From: an uncultured Eubacteriales bacterium
GTDB taxonomy: Bacteria > Bacillota > Clostridia > Oscillospirales > CAG-272
Length of the DNA: 64,000 bases
Direction: 5' to 3'
Assembly: GCA_900546635.1 (NCBI GenBank)
Contig: URDS01000005.1
Span: 73-64,072, forward strand
Part shown: one piece after another, positions 9,649 through 20,400 of the stretch
How the letters are laid out: the number at the start of each line of letters is the position of its first letter
How positions within the stretch are numbered: position 1 is the stretch's first letter
Notes under the pieces: model-generated
Databases searched by the model: none
What the model saw: only the letters and a program-made list of their open reading frames with translations
What the model was told of the DNA's origin: nothing
Made by a program: the position numbers and the translations under genes

Positions 9649-9813
9649 CAGCTTGTCGATCAAGATAAGAATTGCAAATAAAAAAAATACGTTTACAAGG
9701 CGGACATGCGCCGCCTTGTAAACACCTTACAGGCGTGCGAGTGCCGACAATGGCGGCGCGACGGCGCGAGCGAACACGCCCTATCGTCGGAAAACCTTGG
9801 TTTTTCGACGCTC
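9649..9813 (-). mobile_element. MITE-like structured repeat, copy B (165 bp, inverted relative to copy A)
   Basis: Flanked by perfect 26-bp direct repeats aaacagggaagctaccgcttccctgt at 9623-9648 and 9814-9839. The core is 116/124 identical to copy A. Confidence 0.75.
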
Positions 9814-9844
9814 AAACAGGGAAGCTACCGCTTCCCTGTTTTGA

Positions 9845-10021
9845 TTACTTATACTTACGCTTGCGTGCCGCCTCAGATTTCTTTTTGCGCTTAACGCTCG
9901 GCTTCTCATAATGTTCTCTTTTGCGAAGTTCGGTAAGCACACCGGATCTTGCACACTGGCGTTTAAAGCGGCGAAGAGCGCTGTCAAGAGATTCATTTTC
10001 TTTCACTCTGACTTCTGCCAT
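9845..10021 (-). CDS. rpsU: 30S ribosomal protein S21
   Basis: [28 protein letters not shown]. The ATG follows GGGAGGGA. Confidence 0.95.
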   Translation of the reverse strand: MAEVRVKENESLDSALRRFKRQCARSGVLTELRKREHYEKPSVKRKKKSEAARKRKYK

Positions 10022-10081
10022 CTGAATTTTCCCTCCCCTCGCCATTGGACATTTGCCCAATCAAAGAAATAATTACACTTT

Positions 10082-10110
10082 ATTATAGCGTTTTAGTTCC
10101 AAAAAGTCAA
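10082..10110 (-). promoter_or_regulatory. Sigma-A promoter of rpsU
   Basis: Minus strand: TTGACT, 17 nt, TATAAT. Confidence 0.6.
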
Positions 10111-10133
10111 TAGAGAAAATAGAATTTTTTGAA

Positions 10134-12536
10134 TTATTTTACTACAATATTGACGATTTTGTTCGGAACAACAATTTCTTTCACGACGGTTTTGCCCGCA
10201 GCGGCCGCAATCAAACGTTCGTCTTTTTTCGCCGCCGAAAGCGTTTCCTCTTTGCTGAGCCCTGCCGGAAGCGTCATGGTTCCCTTAAACTTTCCGTTGA
10301 CCTGAAGCGCGATCTCAACCGTCTCGTCTATTGTCTTTTCCTCACTGTACTGCGGCCATGCTTCAAGCGACAAAAGCGTGTCGTGGCCAAGCTGCTGCCA
10401 AACCTCTTCGCAGAGATGCGGCGCAAACGGACAGAGCAATTTCGCAAAAGTTTCAAGCTCATGCTTCGTCAGCCCGCCCTGATCGTATACTTCGTTTAAA
10501 AACGCCATCATAGAAGCAATCGCGGTATTAAACTTCATGCCGTCGATGTCTTCCGTGACCTTTTTAATCATTTTATGCATACCGGGTTCGAGCGCCGGTG
10601 TAACGTCTCCCGGCCGCACCATATCGGTCAAAGCCGCAAAACGCTCCAAAAAGCGCTTGCAGCCGCGAATGCTGGCCTGCGACCAGGGCGCCGATTTCTC
10701 AAAATCACCGATAAACATTTCATACAGCCGAAGTGCGTCCGCGCCGTATTCTTTCACAACGTCGTCCGGATTGATGACATTGCCGCGCGACTTGGACATT
10801 TTTTCACCGTTTTCGCCGAGAATCATGCCGTGCGCCGTCCGTTTCAGATACGGCTCCGGACAGGAAAGAATGCCCATATCATAGAGGAACTTCGCCCAGA
10901 AACGGGAATACAAAAGGTGCAGCGTGACATGTTCCATGCCGCCGTTATACCAATCGACCGGCATCCAGTAATCAAGCGCTTCTTTGGCAGCGAGCGCCTC
11001 GGTATTCTTCGGATCGCAGTAGCGCAGGAAATACCAGGATGACCCCGCCCAGTTCGGCATCGTATCGGTTTCACGTACAGCAGGCCCGCCACAAACGGGA
11101 CAGGTTGTCTTTACCCAGTCCGTGATCTTGGAAAGCGGCGACTCGCCCGTATCCGTCGGCTCATAATCCTTGACCGCGGGCAGCAGAAGCGGGAGATTTT
11201 CCTCTTTCAGCGGCTGCCATCCGCAGGCCTCGCAATGTACCATCGGAACCGGCTCGCCCCAATAGCGCTGGCGCGAGAATACCCAGTCGCGCAGCTTAAA
11301 GTTTGTTTTCTTCAAGCCGACGCCCTGCTCCGTCAGCCACTCGATTATTTTTTCTTTTGCCTCCGCGACCTCCAAACCGTTCAAAAAGCCGGAATTGACC
11401 AGTTTGCCGGACGATACGTCGGTAAATGCAGCTTCTTCTACATTGCCGCCCGCAACAACTTCTATAATAGGAAGATCAAACTTCTTGGCAAAATCCCAGT
11501 CGCGCGTATCGTGCGCGGGCACCGCCATAATAGCGCCCGTTCCATACGTAGAAAGCACATAGTCCGATACAAAAATCGGAATCTCCGCACCGTTTACGGG
11601 ATTGACAGCCATCACGCCGTCAAGACGAACGCCCGTCTTGTCCTTGACCAGTTCCGTCCGTTCAAAATCCGATTTGCGCGCCGCTTCTTCGCGATAAGCC
11701 GCAATCTCGGCATAATTATTCAGCTTATCTTTCCACTGTTCAATCAGTCTGTGTTCGGGCGCGATCACCATATACGTCGCGCCGAACAGCGTATCCGGCC
11801 GCGTCGTATACACGACGATGTCGTCCCCCTCGGTGGATTTAAATGTAACCTCAGCGCCGTGCGAACGGCCGATCCAGTTGATTTCCTGCGTTTTTACCCG
11901 CTCGATGAAATCCAAATTTTGAAGATCGTCGATCAGCCGGTCCGCGTAATCGGTAATTTTCAGCATCCACTGGCTTTTGACCTTATGCACGACCTCGCTG
12001 CCGCACCGCTCGCAAACGCCGTTGACCACTTCCTCATTGGCAAGCACCACTTTGCAGGACGTACAGAAATTGACATTCATTTCCTTTTTATAGGCCAGAC
12101 CGCGCTTGTACAGTTGAATAAAAATCCACTGCGTCCACTTATAGTAGTCCGGATCGGTCGTGTTGATCTCACGTGACCAATCAAAACTGAATCCGAGCAT
12201 TTTAAGCTGCTGCTTAAAACGCGCAATATTCCGCTCGGTGACCAGTGTGGGATGAATTTTATTTTTGATCGCATAGTTCTCCGTCGGCAGACCGAATGCA
12301 TCCCATCCCATCGGGAAAAGGACGTTAAAGCCCTGCATACGCTTTTTCCGCGCGACAATATCCATCGCCGTATACGGGCGCGGATGACCGATATGCAGTC
12401 CCTGTCCCGAAGGATACGGAAATTCCACCAATGCGTAATATTTCGGTTTGGTATAATCGTTTTTCGCTTCAAATGCCTGCTTTTCATCCCAGATTTTCTG
12501 CCATTTTGGTTCAATTTCACTGTAATTATACTTCAT
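10134..12536 (-). CDS. leuS: Leucine--tRNA ligase
   Basis: [18 protein letters not shown] start, HIGH-type motif (GLHIGHP) and KMSKS motif. It overlaps the rsfS stop by 11 nt. Confidence 0.95.
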   Translation of the reverse strand: MKYNYSEIEPKWQKIWDEKQAFEAKNDYTKPKYYALVEFPYPSGQGLHIGHPRPYTAMDIVARKKRMQGFNVLFPMGWDAFGLPTENYAIKNKIHPTLVTERNIARFKQQLKMLGFSFDWSREINTTDPDYYKWTQWIFIQLYKRGLAYKKEMNVNFCTSCKVVLANEEVVNGVCERCGSEVVHKVKSQWMLKITDYADRLIDDLQNLDFIERVKTQEINWIGRSHGAEVTFKSTEGDDIVVYTTRPDTLFGATYMVIAPEHRLIEQWKDKLNNYAEIAAYREEAARKSDFERTELVKDKTGVRLDGVMAVNPVNGAEIPIFVSDYVLSTYGTGAIMAVPAHDTRDWDFAKKFDLPIIEVVAGGNVEEAAFTDVSSGKLVNSGFLNGLEVAEAKEKIIEWLTEQGVGLKKTNFKLRDWVFSRQRYWGEPVPMVHCEACGWQPLKEENLPLLLPAVKDYEPTDTGESPLSKITDWVKTTCPVCGGPAVRETDTMPNWAGSSWYFLRYCDPKNTEALAAKEALDYWMPVDWYNGGMEHVTLHLLYSRFWAKFLYDMGILSCPEPYLKRTAHGMILGENGEKMSKSRGNVINPDDVVKEYGADALRLYEMFIGDFEKSAPWSQASIRGCKRFLERFAALTDMVRPGDVTPALEPGMHKMIKKVTEDIDGMKFNTAIASMMAFLNEVYDQGGLTKHELETFAKLLCPFAPHLCEEVWQQLGHDTLLSLEAWPQYSEEKTIDETVEIALQVNGKFKGTMTLPAGLSKEETLSAAKKDERLIAAAAGKTVVKEIVVPNKIVNIVVK

Positions 12537-12948
12537 TGCTGCCGTCCTCGCTGCCGTCAGAGCGGACATCTTCGGTTAAAAACCGTTTGATATCCACCTG
12601 GTTTTCTTCATGATATAATTTTTCCAACTTATAAAAATCGCGCTGTTCTTTCGTGAAAATATGCACGAGCACCGATCCGTAGTCCATCAATACCCAATTT
12701 CCGGTACCGCGGCCGTCTACTCGAGCCATTGAAACGCCCTGCTGCGCAGTTTGAAATTCCACTTCGTCGGACAACGCATTGACATGCGTTGTGGAACGCC
12801 CGCAGCACAGCACATAATAATCCGCTATGATCGTCTGATCCTCCACATGGATCAGTTGGATATCCGACGCGCTTTTTTTATACAGGGTTTCCACGCAAAA
12901 GCAGGCAAGTCCCAGCGGTTCATTCAAATTAAATTTTGTATCTTCCAT
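12526..12948 (-). CDS. rsfS: Ribosome silencing factor RsfS (iojap)
   Basis: [22 protein letters not shown]...[14 protein letters not shown] is typical of RsfS. Confidence 0.9.
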   Translation of the reverse strand: MEDTKFNLNEPLGLACFCVETLYKKSASDIQLIHVEDQTIIADYYVLCCGRSTTHVNALSDEVEFQTAQQGVSMARVDGRGTGNWVLMDYGSVLVHIFTKEQRDFYKLEKLYHEENQVDIKRFLTEDVRSDGSEDGSNEV

Positions 12949-13034
12949 CTGTGCTCCTTTTCCATTCTTTTCGGAATGCCATCCGACGCCTCCGGCATTT
13001 TTCCGCGCATAAGCTCGGTTGACGCAATTGCCGG

Positions 13035-14312
13035 TTAGGATGCGTCGCTTAAATCTTCACTGCCGGCCGCATCTTCGACAGGCGGCTCAGCCGTTGCGGC
13101 TGCCTGTGTCGTCTGCACTCCGGCGGAAGCGTATCTGGAAATATCGATCTCCTCCGTATGATCGGCCGTATAGGACTCTTCGTCCACATTTTTCGTCATA
13201 AACAGCGAATACATATACGTATCCACCGTATCATACAACGCATTGTCCCGGTCAAACATGTCCACGGTCACTTCAAAATTGTAAGAATTGAAATATTTAT
13301 TGATCGCGGCAATCGTAGCGTCCCGATATACGATATAATACCATGTGCCGGTGGTATCATACTGACGCCCCTGAATGCCGGGAACGGTCATCATCGTCAT
13401 CTTGGACAAGTCCACCGACAAAGCCTGTTTCGCGAAATACACAACCTGCTGCAGTTCAAGATCAGTCGTCACGTGCTTCAGCGCTTTCTCAACAACGCTC
13501 GCTATCGTGGACACGGTGAAATTATTTTTAACCTGTTCAATGCAGGCGCTGATAAACAGCTTTTGCGCGTCCACACGCCCGATATCGCCCTCAATATACC
13601 CGCTGCGGAAACGGATAAACTGCTCCGCCTGGTCGCCGGTCAGCGTCTGTTCGCCGGGATACAGATCAATATACAGATTCTGCACCGGGTCGCGGTAATA
13701 CATTCTGCTCGGAACGTTCATTTTTACACCGCCGAGCGCGTCTACAATTTCCACAAAGCCGTTCAGATCCATAATCGCATAATAGTCGATCGTGATACAA
13801 AAAACCTGCTCGATGGCTTTTTCCAGTTCTTTCACCGCAGCCGAATAAGGATCCGCTTCCTTATTCCGCACCGCCTCATTATAAAATGAGGCAAGCAGTG
13901 AATTGATTTTATGATTGCCGCGGCCGATATCAATATAGGTATCTCTCGGAAACTGCATTAAACTGATCGCACCGTTGGTCACGTCAAAGGACGCAATCAT
14001 CATGACATCCGTATTAAACGCCCAGCGGTCCTTGCCGAGAATCAGAAAATTATATTTTTCAGTGCGTTCAGGCCGATCGACCTCTTCTCCGGAGGGATCG
14101 GTAAAACGAATCGTACTGTCCCCCGTTTGAAACGGAAGATCAATGACCGGTTCCGGCTTGTACAATAGCAAAACCGTCACAATCGCCGCAAGCACGACAA
14201 ACAAAGCGATCACACAGACAAGCACAACCGTCTGCGCCCGTCTTTTTCTTCGGCCGTTGCGTCTTGCACCGGCATTTACGGATGAATTTCTGTTGTTATT
14301 ACGCTCACTCAT
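13035..14312 (-). CDS. LCP (LytR-CpsA-Psr) family cell-wall polymer transferase, membrane-anchored
   Basis: N-terminal basic region plus a TM helix. The LCP core carries FLILGKDRW...TDVMMIASFD and LMQFPRDTY. Confidence 0.85.
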   Translation of the reverse strand: MSERNNNRNSSVNAGARRNGRRKRRAQTVVLVCVIALFVVLAAIVTVLLLYKPEPVIDLPFQTGDSTIRFTDPSGEEVDRPERTEKYNFLILGKDRWAFNTDVMMIASFDVTNGAISLMQFPRDTYIDIGRGNHKINSLLASFYNEAVRNKEADPYSAAVKELEKAIEQVFCITIDYYAIMDLNGFVEIVDALGGVKMNVPSRMYYRDPVQNLYIDLYPGEQTLTGDQAEQFIRFRSGYIEGDIGRVDAQKLFISACIEQVKNNFTVSTIASVVEKALKHVTTDLELQQVVYFAKQALSVDLSKMTMMTVPGIQGRQYDTTGTWYYIVYRDATIAAINKYFNSYNFEVTVDMFDRDNALYDTVDTYMYSLFMTKNVDEESYTADHTEEIDISRYASAGVQTTQAAATAEPPVEDAAGSEDLSDAS

Positions 14313-14315
14313 ACT

Positions 14316-14957
14316 TTACTGCCTCTGTTCACTCTCAAGCTTTAAGAGAAACGCGTTGCGCGCGCGAAACGTATCCGGCGCGATTACGCTTCCCCTGCTC
14401 ATCAAATCATGAATGGTAAGGTCAAACGACAAAACCATTGTCCTATATAAATGAAATTGCCTTGCCTCTTTGGTACCGAGAGTTTGAACGCCGTCCCAGA
14501 AAAAACTGCGAAGCTTTTTACAATCGTCAAATTTCCGAAGCGGTTCGATGAAATCGGCGAGATACAGTATACAGTCCAAAAGAGACATATTTTCACTGCC
14601 CGCCGTGTGTTTTTTCACTGCGGAAAGGATGTCCGGCTCCGCGAAATCAGGATACAGCCGCGGAATCAGGAGCGCCGCCGTTTCGGAATGAAACACGCTT
14701 GGGCAATGCAGGGTAACATTGTCGATTATTATACCAAATTCTGAAAAGATTTGCAACTGTTTTTTACGATCATATTCTTTTGTTATGTCGTGCAAAAGAG
14801 CGGAAATCCTCGCTTTTTGAACGGATTCCGGCAAATATATTTGTGCGAGGCGCGCGGCTTCTTTCTCCACGGACAGCACATGCGCAAAGCGATAGGCGCC
14901 AAGCGATCGACCGACCGCGCTGCGCAGTTCATCTATTTTTTGCTCATCCCAAGTCAT
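14316..14957 (-). CDS. yqeK: HD-domain bis(5'-nucleosyl)-tetraphosphatase YqeK
   Basis: RFAHVLSVEKEAARLA...LLHDITKE HD motif. ATG 14957 overlaps the nadD stop (TAATG). Confidence 0.85.
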   Translation of the reverse strand: MTWDEQKIDELRSAVGRSLGAYRFAHVLSVEKEAARLAQIYLPESVQKARISALLHDITKEYDRKKQLQIFSEFGIIIDNVTLHCPSVFHSETAALLIPRLYPDFAEPDILSAVKKHTAGSENMSLLDCILYLADFIEPLRKFDDCKKLRSFFWDGVQTLGTKEARQFHLYRTMVLSFDLTIHDLMSRGSVIAPDTFRARNAFLLKLESEQRQ

Positions 14958-15577
14958 TACCTGTATAACCCCTGTGCTTGAATGTATTCCTCGACCGAAG
15001 CGGGCAGCAGTGCGGAAACATCCTCTCCACTCCGCACCATATCGCGGATTTGGCTTGAAGAAACCGCAAAAGGCACAGCCGGGATTTCCACAATATCCGC
15101 GCCGTAACGCCGCCGCAGATCCATTGCTTTTTCTCTGGCTTCCGCCGCTGTCTGCAAATCTCCGATGCGGCACATATACGCGATTTGCGCCATGCGCAGC
15201 AACTCCTCAAAGCAATGCCATTGCTCCAGCGTCAAAAGCATGTCCGTCCCGCAATAAACCGAAACAAGATCGGCCATCGGCAACAGCGCCTTTACCGTGT
15301 CCACGGTATAGCTCTTGCCGCCCCGGCGCATCTCGATATCCGAAACAAAAACATTATACCCCGGTTCCAATGTTTTTACAGCCAGCCGCAGCATATCGAT
15401 CCGCTGGCTGTCGGTCGCATGGTCCTGCCGTGTTTTATGCGGCGGTTTGGCGGTGGGAATCATGTACAGCACATCCGGTTTGACGGTCTCGTAAAACGCG
15501 CGCAATGCCCGAAGATGCCCGTTATGCACCGGTGAAAACGTACCGCCGAACACGGCAAGCTTTGAAACCTTTTTCAC
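14957..15577 (-). CDS. nadD: Nicotinate-nucleotide adenylyltransferase
   Basis: FGGTFSPVHNGHL (T/HxGH motif). The GTG start overlaps the yhbY stop (GTGA). Confidence 0.9.
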   Translation of the reverse strand: MKKVSKLAVFGGTFSPVHNGHLRALRAFYETVKPDVLYMIPTAKPPHKTRQDHATDSQRIDMLRLAVKTLEPGYNVFVSDIEMRRGGKSYTVDTVKALLPMADLVSVYCGTDMLLTLEQWHCFEELLRMAQIAYMCRIGDLQTAAEAREKAMDLRRRYGADIVEIPAVPFAVSSSQIRDMVRSGEDVSALLPASVEEYIQAQGLYR

Positions 15578-15864
15578 ACCAAATCAATCCTTTGTTTTGT
15601 CTTTGAGCGTCTGTACAGCACAAACCGGCTTCCGGTGACCGAAACCACATCCGCACCGGCCGCGGACGCAAGCGTGTCGGCGGCCTCTCTCGCCGTATAG
15701 CCGCTGTTTTCGAGTACGCGGGCTTTGATAAGTTCCCGCGCTTCCAGCGCATTGGAAATCTGGCGAACCGTTTCTTCACCGATACCGCCCTTGCCCACCT
15801 GAAATATGGTTTCAAGCCCGTTTGCCATGGCGCGCAGCGCCGCTCTCTGTTTACTTGTCAGCAT
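15574..15864 (-). CDS. yhbY: Ribosome-assembly RNA-binding protein YhbY (CRM domain)
   Basis: MLTSKQRAALRAMANGLETIFQVGKGGI. ATG 15864. Confidence 0.85.
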   Translation of the reverse strand: MLTSKQRAALRAMANGLETIFQVGKGGIGEETVRQISNALEARELIKARVLENSGYTAREAADTLASAAGADVVSVTGSRFVLYRRSKTKQRIDLV

Positions 15865-16489
15865 TTTCTTTTTGATTCTCCGATCCGTTTTGCCGGATAG
15901 CCTCGGCAAACGCCAAAGCAAATTTCCGCATGGCGATTCCCCGGTGGCTGATCGCATTTTTTTCCTCAGCGCGCATCTGCGCGTAGGATTTCCCCGCCGG
16001 CGCGTACCAAAACAGCGGGTCATACCCGAAACCGCCCTCGCCGGCCGGTGCCTTTAAAATCCGGCCGGGACATTCGCCGCGCACAACGATCTCCTCGCGC
16101 CCGTCCGGGAACGAGCATGCGACAACCGAAACAAAGCGTGCCGTGCGGCATTCGTCCGGTACATTTTCAAGCTCGAAGAGCAGTTTTTGATTGTTTTTTT
16201 CCGAGTCGCATTCCACCCCCGCATACCGTGCGGAATATACGCCCGGCGCGCCGTCAAGCGCGTCCACCTCCAGTCCGGAATCGTCCGCAACCGTAATATA
16301 GCCGAGACGCGCGCCCGTGCGCGATTTAATCAGCGCATTGTCCTCAAAAGTGATTCCGTTTTCCTCGATTTCATCGAAAAAGCCGATGTCCGCCATGGAT
16401 ATGACTTCCGCTTCCGGAACGGTCGTACAAAGCAGCGCCTGCAATTCGGCGATTTTTCCCTTATTGTGAGAAGCCAGCAAAACTTTCAT
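15851..16489 (-). CDS. rdgB: Non-canonical purine NTP pyrophosphatase (XTP/dITP diphosphatase)
   Basis: MKVLLASHNKGKIAEL and GFGYDPLF are Ham1/RdgB motifs. Confidence 0.9.
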   Translation of the reverse strand: MKVLLASHNKGKIAELQALLCTTVPEAEVISMADIGFFDEIEENGITFEDNALIKSRTGARLGYITVADDSGLEVDALDGAPGVYSARYAGVECDSEKNNQKLLFELENVPDECRTARFVSVVACSFPDGREEIVVRGECPGRILKAPAGEGGFGYDPLFWYAPAGKSYAQMRAEEKNAISHRGIAMRKFALAFAEAIRQNGSENQKENADK

Positions 16490-16501
16490 CCTAAATTCTC
16501 C

Positions 16502-17407
16502 TCAGTCAAACATTGCGCGCACAAATTCGTCGGGGTCAAACGGCTGAAGATCGTCAATCTTTTCTCCGACGCCGATGTATTTCACAGGAACGCTCAGTTC
16601 ACTCTGAATGGAGAAAACGCATCCGCCTTTCGCCGTACCGTCCAGTTTAGTCAGAATCAGTCCCGTAATATCCGCCGCGTTTTTGAATTCTTTGGCCTGC
16701 GAAATCGCATTCTGGCCTGTGGTCGCGTCCAAAACAAGCAGCGTCTCCCGCGATGCGTCCGGCAATTCCCTGCCGATCACACGGTCGATTTTGGCCAGTT
16801 CGTCCATCAGGTTTTTCTTGTTGTGCAATCGTCCCGCCGTATCCACGATCAAGACGTCCGCGTGCCGGCTCTTTGCCGCGCTTGCCGCGTCAAACACAAC
16901 CGCAGCCGGATCGGACCCCTCGTTTTGCCGAATCAGTTCCACCTGCGCGCGGTCGCACCAGACCGCAAGCTGGTCGATCGCCGCGGCGCGAAACGTATCC
17001 GCGGCGGCTACCACAACCTTTTTCCCCTCGCCGTGCAGCTGCGCGGCAATTTTGCCGATCGAAGTCGTCTTTCCCACACCGTTGACGCCGATAACCAGCA
17101 GCACGGACGGACTGCCCGCAAGGTGAAGACCGTCGTTTTCGGGCAGCATCGAAGTGAGAATTTCACGCAGCGCCACGCGAACGGCCTCGCCGTCGGAAAG
17201 TTTTTCTTCCTTCACACGGTCACGCAGCTTTGTGAGAATCTGCTCGGTCGTACCGACGCCGACATCCGCGCAAATCAACAGTTCTTCAAGTTCCTCAAAA
17301 AGTTCCTCGTCCACGCGCACAAAGCTTTTCAAAAGCGTGTCCATCTGCCCGACAAACGCATTCTTGGTTTTGGAAAGTCCGGCTTTCAGCTTATCAAAAA
17401 ATCCCAT
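16502..17407 (-). CDS. ftsY: Signal recognition particle receptor FtsY
   Basis: NG-domain motifs GVNGVGKTTSIGK, DTAGR and TKLDGTAKGG. Confidence 0.95.
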   Translation of the reverse strand: MGFFDKLKAGLSKTKNAFVGQMDTLLKSFVRVDEELFEELEELLICADVGVGTTEQILTKLRDRVKEEKLSDGEAVRVALREILTSMLPENDGLHLAGSPSVLLVIGVNGVGKTTSIGKIAAQLHGEGKKVVVAAADTFRAAAIDQLAVWCDRAQVELIRQNEGSDPAAVVFDAASAAKSRHADVLIVDTAGRLHNKKNLMDELAKIDRVIGRELPDASRETLLVLDATTGQNAISQAKEFKNAADITGLILTKLDGTAKGGCVFSIQSELSVPVKYIGVGEKIDDLQPFDPDEFVRAMFD

Positions 17408-17420
17408 CTCATTATCTCTT

Positions 17421-20400
17421 TCAATCGAATTTTACTTCATCCACATTCAGCGCGAGCACCTTGGAAACGCCCCGTTCGGGCATGGTGACGCCGTAGATGC
17501 GATCCGCCGCTTCCATTGTTCCCCGGCGGTGCGTAATCAAAACAAACTGCGTGTTGTCTGACATACGCTTCACATATTCCGCAAAGCGGGATACGTTCAC
17601 CTCGTCCAGCGCCGCTTCAATCTCATCCAAAATGCAGAAAGGCGACGGATTGACTTTCAGGATGGCAAAAAACAGCGCGATGGCCACAAACGCCTGCTCG
17701 CCGCCCGAAAGCAGCGTCAGGCTTTTGATAATTTTTCCGGGCGGTGCGGCTTTGATCTCGATTCCGCTCCCCAGAACATCCTCAGGTTCGGTCAGAATCA
17801 GTTCGGCGCACCCGCCGCCGAACAGTTCGGCAAACACCTTGGAAAAATGATCGTTGATCCGGTTAAACGCATCCATAAACTGCCCGCGCATTTCATTCTC
17901 CAGGCGATGAATCACCGTGACAAGCTCGGTCTTTGACTTTTGCAGATCTTCGATCTGCGACGCAAGCTCGTCATAGCGCGTTTTGACCTGCGTATACTCC
18001 TCAATCGCGCCGACATTGACCGAACCGAGCGACTTCATCTCCCGGCGGTATTCGGCGGCGGACGCGGCAAGCGCGGGGCGCTCGGCCGCCTCAAGCGGCG
18101 GATATCCGAGTTCCAGCGCGGCGCCGTAGGTCAGTTCATATTCTTCAAGCATCCGTTCCGCAAGCTTATCCTGCTCCGAGAGGAGAGAATGCAGCTTGGA
18201 TTCATTTTTAGTATGCGCCAGCAAAATGGTTTCTTTCTGCCCTGTCTTCTCCCGAATTTTCAACCGCGTCTCATTCAGTTTGCGCTCATACTCCGCCGTA
18301 CCGGATTCTACGCTGCCGCGCTGTTCGGTCAAAAGAGAAAGTCTCGTCATATCCTGCGCAACCGATTCGCGGTTAAGGGTCTGCGCCTGCGCGAAATTCT
18401 CTATATCCGCCCTATATTTTTCCACCGATTGCAAAGCGGCCGCCGTCGTCTCCGTCAACTCACAAACGCGCGCTTTAAGCGCAAGGCGCGCGTCCTCAAG
18501 CGTCTGCGCATCTTTTTTCAGTTCGGCCAGCAAAACGGAATTTTCGCCGAGGCGCGCCTCCATTTCGCGGACTTCGTCCAGCGCCGAATTTCGCTCGCTG
18601 TCTTTATTGGCGCGGAAAATCCGGATTTCCTCAATGCGCGCCTCCGCCTCATCAGCGGCCTTTTGCAGGTTTAAAAGCTCATCGCCGAATCCGTCTTTCT
18701 GTGTGCGCAGACGCTCAATATCCGCGCGAAGCTTTTCGCACAACTCCTCATTGGCCGCAAGCTTTGCGCTCTGCGCCTCCAGCCGTGCGCGCTCCGCCGC
18801 AATCAGCGCCTGTATGATCTCGCGCTGCGCGAGCGCGCCCTCTCTGCGCGACTGTGCGTCGTGCAGCGTTTTCTCGGCGGCAGAGAGCATCCGATCCTCC
18901 GCAAAGAGCCTTTCCTCCGCCTCCTTGGCCATTTTGCGCAAGGATTTTATCTCAGCGGAACGGGTCAGGATTCCGCTGTCCCGGCGCACGGAGCCGCCCG
19001 TATACGAACCGCCCGCATGAATGACCTGTCCGTCCAGCGTGACCACTTTCACGCGGTATTTTTGCTCCCGCGCCATTTTGGAAGCGTTGTCCAGCGTATC
19101 AAAAACAAGCGTTCTGCCCAGTATGCTGCGCATAATCTCGGCAAACAGCGGATCATAATCAAACAAAAGGTCGGCGCGGCCGATATAGCCCGCATATGCG
19201 CGCGCGCGAATCATTTCCTCCGTCTCATCCTGCGCTGTGACCGAGGTCAGCGGATAAAAGGTCGCCCGTCCCGCCCTTGCCTCTTTCAGCGCACGAATCG
19301 CAGAGACCGCGACAGCTTCGTTTTCAACGGCGATATTTTGAATATTGGCGCCGAATGCGGTTTCCACCGCAGTTACGTACTGCTCCGGCACGCTGATCAG
19401 CTTAGAAAGCGGACCGTAAACCTGTCCGCCCCCGATCTTGCCGTCCGACGCGGCCTGCATCACAAACCGAACGCTGCCGGAATACCCCTCAAACAATTCC
19501 TCCATGCGCTCAAGAGACTCCGCACGGTGCAAATACCCGTCCAAACGAAGCTTTTCTTCCGCGGCGGACGCTTTACGCTTTTCCCTGTCGGCCTCGGCGG
19601 CGTCCACGTCTTTCGCAAGCGTTTCGATCACCAGCGCGGTTTGATCCGCGTTTTCTTTGTAAGCGGCAATCTCCGCCCGGATTCCGTCAATTTCCGTCTG
19701 CAGCGCCTGCGCGTCCTTTTGCCGATCCGCGATTTCATCGCTCGCTTTGGCGCTGGCCGAATCATCGGCGCTGACCGTGCTTTCCAGCGCGCCGATCCGT
19801 ACCTTCATCTCAACCGAAGCGTCGCGAAGCTTCTGCGCTTCGATATGCTTTTCATCAATTTCTTTTTCAAGCGCATCCGCTCTCTGCGCGCAGGCCGCCC
19901 GGCGCTCTTCAAGACCCGCGCGCTCCTTTGCGGCAAGTTCAATTTTGGCCTTTACTTCCTCTGCCTGACAAGCAAGGCGCCGCTCTTCCCCCTCCGCTTC
20001 ATCGATCTGCGCACGGGCTGCGGAAACCGACTCTGCCGATTTTTCCATCAGTTCACGTCTGTGCGCGATCTCATTTTCCGTCACCTTATACGCGCTGTCC
20101 GCCTGATGAATCTGCTCTTTGAGCGTGCCGATCTCGGTCAAAAGCTTTTCGGAGGCCATTTTGCCGCGTTGGCTCTCCTCAAACAGCTTGTCGCTCTGCG
20201 TCTCCAGCATATGCAGACTGTCCTCGGCCACTTCAAGCTCATGCTCGGACAAATGCACCGCTTTCTGCGCCGCCGCAACCTTTTCTTTCAGCGCGGCGCT
20301 GTCAAAAATCCAAAGGCGAACGTCCGCCCGGCGCTTGGCATCGTAAATCTCGAGATACTTTTTCGCCTTGCGGCTGTCCCGCTCAAGCGGACCGACGCGG

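Noticed and set aside
16187-17488. A 433-aa plus-strand ORF antisense to rdgB and ftsY.
   Set aside because: It crosses a gene boundary, has no motifs, and both overlapped genes are confidently identified.
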